Assembly (NCBI RefSeq): GCF_009914755.1
Contig: NC_060933.1
Direction: 5' to 3' (one strand)
Origin: the human T2T-CHM13v2.0 reference genome, Homo sapiens
DNA length: 64,000 nt
Shown here piece after piece: positions 1-11,745 of this stretch (position 1 is the first letter of the stretch; each line of letters opens with the position of its first letter). The notes under the pieces were generated by a model, which saw only the letters and a list, made by a program, of their open reading frames with translations, had not been told where the DNA came from and searched no databases. The position numbers were made by a program, and so were the translations under genes.

Positions 1-2440
1 TATTCGGGTTAATTCCATTCCATTCCATTCCATTCCATTCCATTCCATTACAATCGAGTTGATTCCATTCCATTCCATTCCATTCCATTCCATTCCATTC
101 CAGTCCTTTCCATTCCATTCCACTCGGGTTGATTCCATTCTATTAGTTTCCATTCCATTCCATTCCCTTCCATTCCACTCTGGTTGATTCCATTCCTTTC
201 CATTCCACTCGAATACATTCCCTCCTATTCCACTCGGAACGATTCCATTCCATTTCATTCCATTGCATTCCATTCCATTCCATTCCATTCCATTCCATTT
301 CGTTCCATTACATTCTATTCCGTATCATTCCATTCCATTCCATTCCATTCCATTCCATTCCATTCCACTCGTGTTGATTCCATTCCTTTCCATTCCATTC
401 GGTTTGAAGGCTTTCCATTCCATTCCATTCCATTCCATTCCATTCCATTCCATTGCATTCCATTGTACTCGGGTTGATTCCATTCCATTGCATTCCATTC
501 CATTCCATTCCATTCCAATCCGTTGCATTCCATTCCATTACATTCGGATTGATTCTATTCAACTCCCTTACTCTCCATTCCATTCCATTCCATTCGGGTT
601 GTTCCATTCCATTCCATTCCATTCCACTCCATTCCATTGCACTCGGGTTGATTCCATTCCATTCCATTCCATTCCATTCCATTCCGGATGATTCCATTCC
701 ATTGCATTCCGTTCCATTACATTCCCCTGCACTCGCGTTGATTCCATTCCATTCCATTCCATTCAATTCCATTCCATTTCAATTCGTTCCATTCCATTCT
801 ATTCCGTACCATTCCATTCCATTCCATACCATTCCATTCCATTCCATTCCATTCCGTTCCATTCCGTTCCATTCCGTTCCATTCCATTCCATTCCATTCT
901 ATTCGGGTTAATTCCATTCCATTCCATTCCATTCCATTCCATTCCAATCTATTCCATTCCATTGCAATCGAGTTGAATCCATTGCATTTCATTCCATTCC
1001 ATTCCATTCCATTCCATTCCATTGCAATCGAGTTGAATCCATTTCATTTCATTCCATTCCATTCCATTCCATTCCATTCCGGAAGAATCCATTCCATTGC
1101 ATTCCATTCCATTCCATTCCCCTGCACTCCCGTTGATTCCTTTCCATTCCATTCCATTCCATTCCATTCCATTCCGTTCCGTTCCGTTCCATTTCATTCC
1201 ATTCCATTCCATTCCATTCCGTTCCGTTCCATTCCATTCTATTCGGGTTAATTCCATTCCATTCCATTCGATTGCAATCGAGTTGATTCCATTCCATTCC
1301 ATTCCATTCCATTCCATTCCATTCCAATCGAGTTGATTGCATTCCATTCCATTCCATTCCATTCCATTCCACTCCATTCCAGTCCTTTCCATTCCATTCC
1401 ACTGGGGTTGATTCCATTCTATTCCTTTCCATTCCATTCCATTCCATTGCAATCGAGTTGATTCCATTGCTTTGCATTCCATTCCATTCTATTCCATTCC
1501 GGATGATTCCATTCCATTGCATTCCATTCCATTCCATTCCCCTGCACTCGGGTTGATTCCATTCCATTCCACTCCATTCCGTTCCATTCCATTCCATTCC
1601 ATTGTATTCGTGTTAATTCCATTCCATGCCATTCCATTCCATTCCATTCCATTCCATTCCATTCTATTACAATCGAGTTGATTCCATTCCATTCCATTCC
1701 ATTCCATTCCATTCCAGTCCTTTCCATTCCATTCCACTCGGGTAGATTCCATTCTATTAGTTTCCATTCCATTCCATTCCCTTCCATTCCACTCTGGTTG
1801 ATTCCATTCCTTTCCATTCCACTCTAATACATTCCCTCCTATTCCACTCGGAACGATTCCATTCCATTCCATTCCATTCCATTCCTTTCCATTCCATTCC
1901 ATTTCGTTCCATTCCATTCTATTCCGTACCATTCCATTCCATTCCATTCCTTTGCATTCCATTCCATTCCATTCCACTCTTGTTGATTCCATTCCTTTCC
2001 ATTCCATTCGGTTTGAAGGCATTCCATTCCATTCAATTCCATTCCATTCCATTCCATTCTATTCCATTCCATTCCATTGTACTCGGGTTGATTCCATTCC
2101 ATTCCATTCCATTCCATTCCATTCCATTCCATTCCGTTGCATTCCATTCCATTACATTCGGACTGATTCTATTCAACTCCCTTACTCTCCATTACATTCC
2201 ATTCCATTCGGGTTGTTCCATTCCATTCCATTCCATTCCATTCCACTCCATTCCATTGCACTCGGGTTGATTCCATTCCATTCCATTCCATACCATTCCA
2301 TTCCATTCCATTCCATTCCGTTCCATTCCGTTCCATTCCATTCCATTCCATTCTATTCGGGTTAATTCCATTCCATTCCATTCCATTCCATTCTATTCCA
2401 TTCCATTGCAATCGAGTTGAATCCATTGCATTTCATGCCA
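1..2440 (-). repeat. Inverted copy of ~22830-25150
   Basis: Shares rare variants in reverse complement: GGCATGAAATGCAATGGATTC (~2420-2440 / ~22834), TCAGTCCGAAT (~2160 / ~23097), CAACAAGAGT (~1980 / ~23288), GAATGATACGGAATAGAATGTAAT (~310-330 / ~24948). Confidence 0.85.
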
Positions 2441-3824
2441 TTCCATTCCATTCCATTCCATTCCGGAAGATTCCATTCCATTGCATTCCATACCATTCCA
2501 TTCCCCTGCACTCGCGTTGATTCCATTCCATTCCATTCCATTCCATTCCATTCCATTCCGTTCCGTTCCCTTCCATTCCATTCTATTCCATTCCATTCCA
2601 TTCCATTCCGTTCCGTTCCATTCCATTCCATTCCATTCTATTTGGGTTAATTCCATTCCATTCCATTCGATTGCAATCGAGTTGATTCCATTCCATTCCA
2701 TTCCATTCCATTCCATTCCATTCCATTCCATTCCTTTCCATTACATTACGGATGATTCCATTCCATTGCATTCCATTCCATTCCGTTCCCCTGTACTCGG
2801 GTTGATTCCATTCCATTCCATTCCAATCCATGCCATTCCACTCGTATTGATTCCATTCTTTCCATTCCATTCAAGTTGAATCCATTCCATTGCATTCCAT
2901 TCCATTTGATTCCATTCGATTGCACTCGGGTTGATTCCATTCCATTGCATTCCATTCCATTCCATTCCATTCCATTCAGTTCCATTCCATTCCATTACAT
3001 TCGGATTGATTCTATTCAATTCCCTTACACTCCATTACATTCCATTCCATTCGGGTAGTTTCCATTCCATTCCATTCCATTCCTCTCCATTCCATTGCAC
3101 TCGGGTTGATTCCATTCCATTGCATTCCATTCCATACCATTCAATTGCATTCCGTTCCATTCCATTCCATTACATTCGGATTGATTCTATTCAACTCCCT
3201 TACTCTCCATTACATTCGATTCCATTCGGGTTGTTCCATTCCATTCCATTCCATTCCACTCCATTCCATTGCACTCGGGTTGATTCCATTCCATTCCATT
3301 CCATTCCGGAAGATTCCATTCCATTGCATTCCATTGCATTCCATTGAATTCCATTCCCCTACACTCAGGTTGATTCCATTCCATTCCATTCCATTCCATT
3401 CTATTCTATTCGCGTTAATTCCATTCCACTCCATTCCATTACATTCCATTGCAATCGACTTGATTCCATTCTATTCCATTCCATTCCATTCCATTCCATT
3501 CCATTCAAGTCCTTTCCATTCCATTCCACTCGTGTTGATTGCATTTTATTAGTTTGCATTCCATTCCATTCCCTTCCATTCCACTCTGGTTGATTCCATT
3601 CCTTTCCATTCCACTGGAATTCATTCCCTTCTATTCCACTCGGAATGATTCCTTTCCATTCCATTCCATTCCATTCCATTCCATTTCGTTCCATTGCATT
3701 GTATTCCGTACCATTCCATTCCATTCCATTCCATGCCATTCCACTCGGGTTGATTCCATTGCTTTCCATTCCATTTGGGTTGAATCCATTCCATTCCATT
3801 CCATTCCATTCCATTCCATTCCAT

Positions 3825-5285
3825 TCTATTCCATTGCACTAGGTTTGATTCCATTCCACTGCATTCCACTCCACTCCATTCCATTCCATTCCGTTCCATT
3901 CCATTCCATTCCATTACATTCGGATTGATTGTATTCAATTCCCTTACACTCCATTTCATTCCATTCCATTCAGGTTGTTTCCATTGCATTCCAATCCATT
4001 CCACTCCATTCCATTGCACTCGGGTTGATTGCATTCCATTCCATTCCATTCCATTCCATTTCCTTCCATTCCATTCTATTCGGTACCATTCCATTCCATT
4101 CCCTTCCAATCCATTCCATTCCATGCCATTCCACTTGGGTTGATTCCCATCCTTTCCATTCCATTCGTGTTGAATCCATTCCATTCCATTCCATTCCATT
4201 CCATTCCTTTCCATTCCATTGCACACGGATTGGTTCCATTCCATTCCTTTCCGTTCCATTCCGGATGACTCCATTCCATTGCATTCCATTCCATTCCATT
4301 CCATTCCCCTGCCCTCGGGTTCATTACCTTCCATTCCATTTACTTCCATTCCATTCCATTCCATTCTCTTCGGGTTAATTCCATTCCATTCCATTCCATT
4401 CCATTCCATTCCATTCCATTCCATTCCATTCCATTCCATTGCAATCGAGTTGATTCCATTCCATTCCATTCGATTCCGGATTATTCCATTCCATTGCCTT
4501 CAATTCCATTCCATTCCCGTGCACTCGGGTTGATTCCATTCCATTCCATTCCATTCTATTCCATTGCACTAGGTTTGATTCCATTCCACTGCATTCCATT
4601 CCATTCCATTCCATTCCATTCCGTTCCATTCCATTCCATTCCATTACATTCGGATTGATTGTATTCAATTCCCTTACACTCCATTTCATTCCATTCCATT
4701 CAGGTTGTTTCCATTCCATTCCAATCCATTCCACTCCATTCCATTGCACTCGGGTTGATTGCATTCCATTCCATTCCATTCTATTCCATTTCCTTCCATT
4801 CCATTCTATTCGGTACCATTCCATTCCATTCCATTCAAATCCATTCCATTCCATGCCATTCCACTTGGGTTGATTCCCATCCTTTCCATTCCATTCGGGT
4901 TGAATCCATTCCATTCCATTCCATTCCATTCCATTCCATTCCTTTCCATTCCATTGCACACGGGTTGGTTCCATTCCATTCCTTTCCGTTCCATTCCGGA
5001 TGACACCATTCCATTGCATTCCATTCCATTCCATTCCATTCCCCTGCACTCGGGTTCATTACCTCACATTCCATTTACTTCCATTCCATTCCATTCCATT
5101 CTCTTCGGGTTAATTCCATTCCATTCCATTCCATTCCATTCCATTCCATTCCATTCCATTCCATTCCATTCCATTCCATTGCAATCGAGTTGATTCCATT
5201 CCATTAAATTCAATTCCGGATGATTCCATTCCATTGCCTTCAATTCCATTCGATTCCCCTGCACTCGGGTTGATTCCATTCCATT
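3825..5285 (-). repeat. Tandem duplication of a 730-bp unit (third related copy ~5600-6170; inverted homologue ~13080-13790)
   Basis: GCACTAGGTTTGATT at 3836 and 4566; TGATTCCCATCCTTTCC at 4141 and 4871 (offset 730 in both). The CATTTACTTCC / GGAAGTAAATGG cassette is shared with ~13285. Confidence 0.9.
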
Positions 5286-7779
5286 CCATTCCATTCCATT
5301 CCATTCCATTCCATTCCGTTCCATTCCATTCCATTCCATTCTATTCGCGTTAATTGCATTCCATTCCATTCCATTACATTCCATTGCAATCGAGTTGATT
5401 CCATTCCATTCCGTTCCATTCCATTCCATTCCATTCCATTTCGTTCCATTCCATTCTATTCCGTACCATTCCATTCCATTCCATTCCATTCCATTCCATT
5501 CCATTCCATGCCATTCCACTCAGGTTGATTCCATTGCTTTCCATTCCATGTGGGTTGAATCCATTCCATTCCATTCCATTCCATTCCATTCCATTCCATT
5601 CCATTCCATTGCACTAGGTTTGATTCCATTCCACTGCATTCCATTCCATTCCATTCCATTCCATTCCATTTCATTCCATTACATTCGGATTGATTGTATT
5701 CAATTCCCTTACACTCCATTTCATTCCATTCCATTCGGGTTGTTTCCATGTCATTCCATTCCATTCCACTCCATTCCATTGCTCTCGGGTTGATTCCATT
5801 CCATTCCATTCCATTCTATTCCATTTCGTTCCATTCCATTCTATTCGGTACCATTCCATTCCATTCCATTCCATTCCATTCCATTCCATTCCATGCCATT
5901 CCACTTGGGTTAATTCCCTTCCTTTCCATTCCATTCGGGTTGAATCCATTCCATTCCATTCCATTCCATTCCATTCCATTCCATTCCATTCCATTGCACA
6001 CAGGTTGATTCCATTCCATTCCTTTCTGTTCCATTCCGGATGACTCCATTCCATTGCATTCCATTCCTTTCCATTCCCCTGCACTCGGGTTCATTACATT
6101 CCATTCCATTTACTTCCATTCCATTCCATTCCATTCCATTCCATTCCATTCTATTCGGGTTAATTCCATTCCATTCCATTCCATTCCATTCCATTCCATT
6201 CCATTCCATTCCATTCCGTTCCATTCAATTCCATTACATTCGGATTGATTCTTTTTAATTCCCTTACACTCCATTCCATTCTATTCCATTCGGGTAGTTT
6301 CCATACCATTCCATTCCATTCCACTGCATTCTATTGCACTCGGGTTGATTGATTCCATTCCATTGCATTCCATTCCATTCCATTCCATTCCGGATGATTC
6401 CATTCCATTGCATTCCATTGCATTCCATTCCCCTGTACTCGGGTTGATCCCATTCCATTGCATTCCATTCCATTCCATTCCATTCCATTCCATTCCGTTC
6501 CGTTCCATTCCATTCCCTTCCATTCTGTTCAGGTTAATTCCATTCCATTCCATTCCCTTCCATTCCATTCCATTCCATTCCATTCCATTCCATTCCATGC
6601 CATTCCACTCGGGTTGATTCCATTCCTTTCCATTCCATTCGAGTTGAACCCATTCCATTCCATTCCATTCCATTCCATTCCATTCCATTCCACTCGGGTT
6701 GATTCCATTCCTTTCCATTCCATTCGGCTTGAAACCATTCCATTCCATTCCATTCCTTTCGATTCCATTCCATTTCACTCGGGTTGATCCCATTCCATTG
6801 CATTCCATTCCATTCCATTGCACTCCATTCCGTTCCGTTCCATTCCTTTCCATTACATTCGTATTGATTCTATTCAATTCCCTTACTCTCCATTACATTC
6901 CATTCCATTCGGGTTGTTTCCATTCCATTCCATTCCATTCCACTCCATTCCATTGCAATCGGGTTGATTCCATTCCATTCCATTGCATTCCATTCCATTT
7001 CATTCCATTCCATTCCATTCCATTCCGTATGATTCCATTCCATTGCATTCCATTCCATTCCATTCCACTGCACTCGGTTGGATTCCATTCTATTCCATTC
7101 CATTCCATTCCATTCCATTCCATTCCATTCCATTCCATTCCATTCCTTTCCATTCTATTCGGGTTAATTTCATTCCATTCCCTTCCATTCCATTCCATTC
7201 CATTCCATTCCATTCCAATGAAATCGAGTTGATTCCATTCCATTCCATTCCATTCCATTCTATTCGTGTTAATTCCATTCCATTCCATTCCATTCCATTC
7301 CCTTCCATTCCATTCCATTCCATTCCATTCCATTCCATTCCATTCCATTCTATTAGGGTTAATTCCATTCCATTCCATTCCATTCCATTCCATTCCATTC
7401 CATTCCACTCCATTCCATGCCATTCCACTCGGGTTTATTCCATTCCTTTCCATTCCATTCGGGTTGAATCCATTCCATTCCATTCCATTCCATTCCATTC
7501 CATTCCTTTCCATTCCATGCCATTGCACTCGGGTTGATTCCATTCCTTTCCATTCCATTCGAATTGAACCCATTCCATTCCCTTCCATTCCATTCCATTC
7601 CATTCCATTCCATTCCATTGCTCACGGGTTCATTCCATTCCATTCCATTCCATTCCATTCCATTCCATTTCTTTCCATTCCATTCTACTCCGTACCATTC
7701 CATTCCATTCCATTCCCTTCCATGCCATTTCACTGGGGTTTATTCCATTCCTTTCCATTCCATTCGGGTTGAATCCATT

Positions 7780-10300
7780 CCATTCCATTCCATTCCCTTC
7801 CATTCCGTTCCATTCCATTCCATTCCATTCTGTTCAGGTTAATTCCATTCCAGTCCATTCCCTTCCATTCCATTCCATTCCATTCCATCCCATTGCAATC
7901 TAGTTGATTCCATTGCATTCCATTCCATTCCATTCCATTCCATTGCATTCCATTCCATTCCATTCCCCTGCACTCAGATTGATTCCATTCCATCCCATTC
8001 CATTCCATTCCGTTCCATTACAATCCATTCCATTCTATTCGCGTTAATTCCATTCCATTCCATTCCATTACATTCCATTGCAATCGAGTTGATTCCATTC
8101 CATTCCGTTCCATTCCATTCCATTCCATTCCATTACGTTCCATTCCATTCTATTATGTACCATTCCATTCCATTCCATTCCATTCCATTCCATTCCATTC
8201 CATGCCATTCCACTCGGGTTGATTCCATTGCTTTCCATTCCATTTGGGTTGAATCCAATCCCTTCCATTCCATTCCATTCCATTCCATTCCATTCCATTC
8301 CATTGCACTAGGTTTGATTCCATTCCACTGCATTCCATTCCATTCCATTCCGTTCCATTCCATTCCATTACATTCGGATTGATTGTATTCAATTCCCTTA
8401 CACTCCATTACATTCCATTCCATTCAGGTTGTTTCCATTCCATTCCATTCCGTGTGCAATGGAATGGAATGGAATAGAATGGAATGGAATGGAATGGGTT
8501 CAACTAGAATGGAATGGAAAGGAATGGAATCAACCCGAGTGGAATGGCATGGAATGGAATGAAATGGAATGGAATGAAATGGAATGGAAGGGAAGGGATT
8601 GAAATGGAATGGAATGGAATGGATTCAACCCGAGTGCAATGTAATGGAATTGAATGGAATGGAATGGAATGGAATGGAATGAATTCAACCCGAATGGAAT
8701 GGAAAGGAATGGAATAAACCCGAGTGGAATGGCATGGAATGGAGTGGAATGGAATGGAATGGAATACTACGGAAGAGAATGGAATGGAACGAAATGGAAT
8801 GGAATGGAATGGAATGGAATGGAATGGAATGGAATGAACACGTGAGCAATGGAATGGAATCGAATGGAATAGAATGGAATGGAATGGATTCAACACGAAT
8901 GGAATGGAAAGGAATGGAATCAACCCGAGTGGAATGGCATGGAATGGAATGGAATGGAATGGAATGGAATGGAACGGAATGGAATGGAATCAACTCGATT
9001 GCAAAGGAATGTAATGGAATGGAATGGAAAGGAATTAACGCAAATAGAATGGAATGGAAAGGAATGGAACGGAATAGAATGGAAAGGAATGGAATGGAAT
9101 CAATCTGAGTGCAGGGGAATGCAATGGAATGGAATGAAATGGAATGGAATGGAATGGAATGCAATGGAATGACCTCGATTGCAATGGGATGGAATGAAAT
9201 GGAATGGAATGGAAGGGAATGGAATGGAATGGAATTAACCTGAACAGAATGGAATGGAATGGAATGGAATGGAATGGAATGGAATGCAATGGAATGGAAT
9301 CAATCAACCCGAGTGCAATAGAATGCAGTGGAATGGAATGGAATGGAATGGAATGGAATGGAATGGAATGGAATGGAATGAAATGGAATGGCAGGGAATG
9401 GAATGGAATCAACCCGAGTGCAAAGGAATGGAATGGAATGGAATGGAATGGAATGGAATGGAATGGATTCAACCCGAATGGAATGGAAAGGAATGGAATA
9501 AACCTGAGTGGAATCGCATGGAATGGAATGGAATGGAATGGTACGGAATAGAATGGAATGGAACGAAATGGAATGGAATGGAATGGAATGGAATGGAATC
9601 AACCTGAGTGCAATGGAATGGAGTGGAATGGAATGTAATGGAATGGAAACAACCCGAATGGAATGGAATGGAATGGAGTGTAAGGGAATTGAATACAATC
9701 AATCCGAATGTAATGGAATGGAATGGAACGGAATGGAATGGAATGGAATGCAGTGGAATGGAATCAAACCTAGTGCAATGTAATGGAATGGAATGGAATG
9801 GAATGGAATGGAATGGAATGGAATGGATTGGATTCAACCCAAATGGAATGGAAAGCAACGGAATCAACCCGAGTGGAATGGCATGGAATGGAATGGAATG
9901 GAATGGAATGGAATGGAATGGAATGGTACAGAATAGAATGGAATGGAATGAAATGGAATGGAATGGAATGGAATGGAACGGAATGGAATGGAATCAACTC
10001 GATTGCAATGGAATGTAATGGAATGGAATGGAATGGAATTAACGCGAATAGAATGGAATGGAATGGAATGGAACGGAATGGAATGGAATGGGATGGAATG
10101 GAATCAATCTGAGTGCAGGGGAATGGAATGGAATGGAATGCAATGGAATGGAATGGAATGGAATGGAATGCAATGGAATCAACTAGATTGCAATGGGATG
10201 CAATGGAATGGAATGGAAGGGAATGGAATGGAATGGAATTAACCTGAACAGAATGGATTGGAATGGAATGGAACGGAATGGAAGGGAATGGAATGGAATG
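7780..10300. repeat. Inverted homologous arms 7780-8450 and ~9640-10300 around a ~1.2 kb spacer
   Basis: The reverse complement of 8450->7780 reads colinearly with 9640->10300, including rare CAACTAGATTGCAATGGGATG (~7887-7906 rc / 10180) and GGGATGGAATGGAATCAATCTGAG (~7975-7996 rc / ~10090). Confidence 0.85.
8433..8475. other. Inversion (strand-switch) breakpoint inside HSat3
   Basis: ...GTTTCCATTCCATTCCATTCC|GTGTGCAATGGAATGGAATGG...; no inserted foreign bases. CC at 8450-8451 can belong to either arm (intact right-arm motif AACCCGTGTGCAAT is seen at ~10836). Confidence 0.97.
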
Positions 10301-11745
10301 GAATTAAGCTGAAGAGAATGGAATGGAATGAAATGGAACGGAATGGAATGGAATGGAATGGAATGGAATGCAATGGAATGGGATCAACCCGAGTGCAGGG
10401 GAATGGAATGGAATGGAATGCAATGGAATGGAATCAATCAACCCGAGTGCAATAGAATGCAGTGCAATGGAATGGAATGGAATGGAAAGTACCCGAATGG
10501 AAAGGAATGTAATGGAGTGTAAGGGAATTAAAAAGAATCAATCCGAATGTAATGGAATGGAAGGGAACGGAATGGAATGGAATGGAATGGAATGGAATGG
10601 AATGAAATGGAATGGCATGGAATGGAATGGAATCAACCCGAGTTCAATGGAATGGAATGGAATGGAATGGAATGGATTCAACCCGAATGGAATGGAAAGG
10701 AATGGAATAAACCCGAGTGAAATGGCATGGAAGGGAAGGGAATGGAATGGAATGGAATGGTAAGGAAAAGAATGGAATGGAACGAAATGGAATGGAATGG
10801 AATGGAATGGAATGGAATGGAATGGAATGGAATGAACCCGTGTGCAATGGAATGGAATGGAATGGAATGGAATGGAATGGAATGGGTTCAACTAGAATGG
10901 AATGGAAAGGAATGGAATCAACCCGAGTGGAATGGCATGGAATGGAATGGAAAGGAATGGAATGGAATGGAATGGAATGGAATGGAATGGAATGGAATGA
11001 AATGGAATGGAAGGGAATGGATTGAAATGGAATGGAATGGAATGGAATCAACCCGAGTGCAATGTAATGGAATTGAATGGAATGGAATGGAATGGAATGG
11101 AATGAATTCAACCCGAATGGAATGGAAAGGAATGGAATAAACCCGAGTGGAATGGCATGGAATGGAGTGGAATGGAATGGAATGGAATACTACGGAAGAT
11201 AATGGAATGGAACGAAATGGAATGCAATGGAATGGAATGGAATGGAAGGAACACGTGAGCAATGGAATGGAATCGAATGGAATGGAATGGAATGGAATGG
11301 ATTCAACTCGAATGGAATGGAAAGGAATGGAATCAACCCGAGTGGAATGGCATGGAATGGAATGGAATGGAATGGAATGGAACGGAATGGAATGGAATCA
11401 ACTCGATTGCAAAGGAATGTAATGGAATGGAATGGAACGGAATTAACGCAAATAGAATGGAATGCAAAGGAATGGAACGGAATGGAATGGAAAGAATGGA
11501 ATGGAATCAATCTGAGTGCAGGGGAATGGAATGGAATGGAATGCAATGGAATGGAATGGAATGGAATGCAATGGAATCACCTCGATTGCAATGGGATGGA
11601 ATGGAATGGAATGGAATGGAAGGGAATGGAATGGAATGGAATTAACCTGAACAGAATGGAATGGAATGGAATGGAATGGAATGGAATGCATTGGAATGGA
11701 ATCAATCAACGCGAGTGCAATAGAATGCAGTGGAATGGAATGGAA
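8451..11745 (+). repeat. Direct duplication, 8451-9340 = ~10839-11745 (offset ~2.4 kb)
   Basis: Shared private variants: GGGTTCAACTAGAAT, GATTGAAATGG, GAATGAATTCAACCCG, GGAATACTACGGAAGA, AACACGTGAGCAAT, GATTGCAAAGG, TTAACGCAAATAG, ACCTCGATTGC. Confidence 0.92.

Larger units (their letters stand above)
1..8451 (-). repeat. Satellite III (HSat3) array, C-rich (CATTC)n strand on top (G-rich strand on minus)
   Basis: Continuous degenerate CATTC pentamers with ACTCGGGTTG / ATTCGGGTT / AATCGAGTTG spacers every ~30-80 bp, matching the established Sat3 consensus (ATTCC)n-A(C/T)TCGGGTTG. Confidence 0.97.

Noticed and set aside
8447-8465. Inversion junction itself creating a canonical HSE (nTTCn facing nGAAn)
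   Set aside because: ATTCC (8447-8451) and GGAAT (8461-8465) are separated by 9 bp, one base out of the 5-bp register.
8400-8500. Transposon insertion or target-site duplication at the breakpoint
   Set aside because: Every base on either side is accounted for by Sat3 cassettes; there is no foreign sequence, poly(A) or TSD.
8713-8718. AATAAA in GGAATAAACCCG as a polyadenylation signal
   Set aside because: It is a recurrent C>A variant of the CAACCCG spacer, with no downstream GU/U-rich element or transcript evidence.
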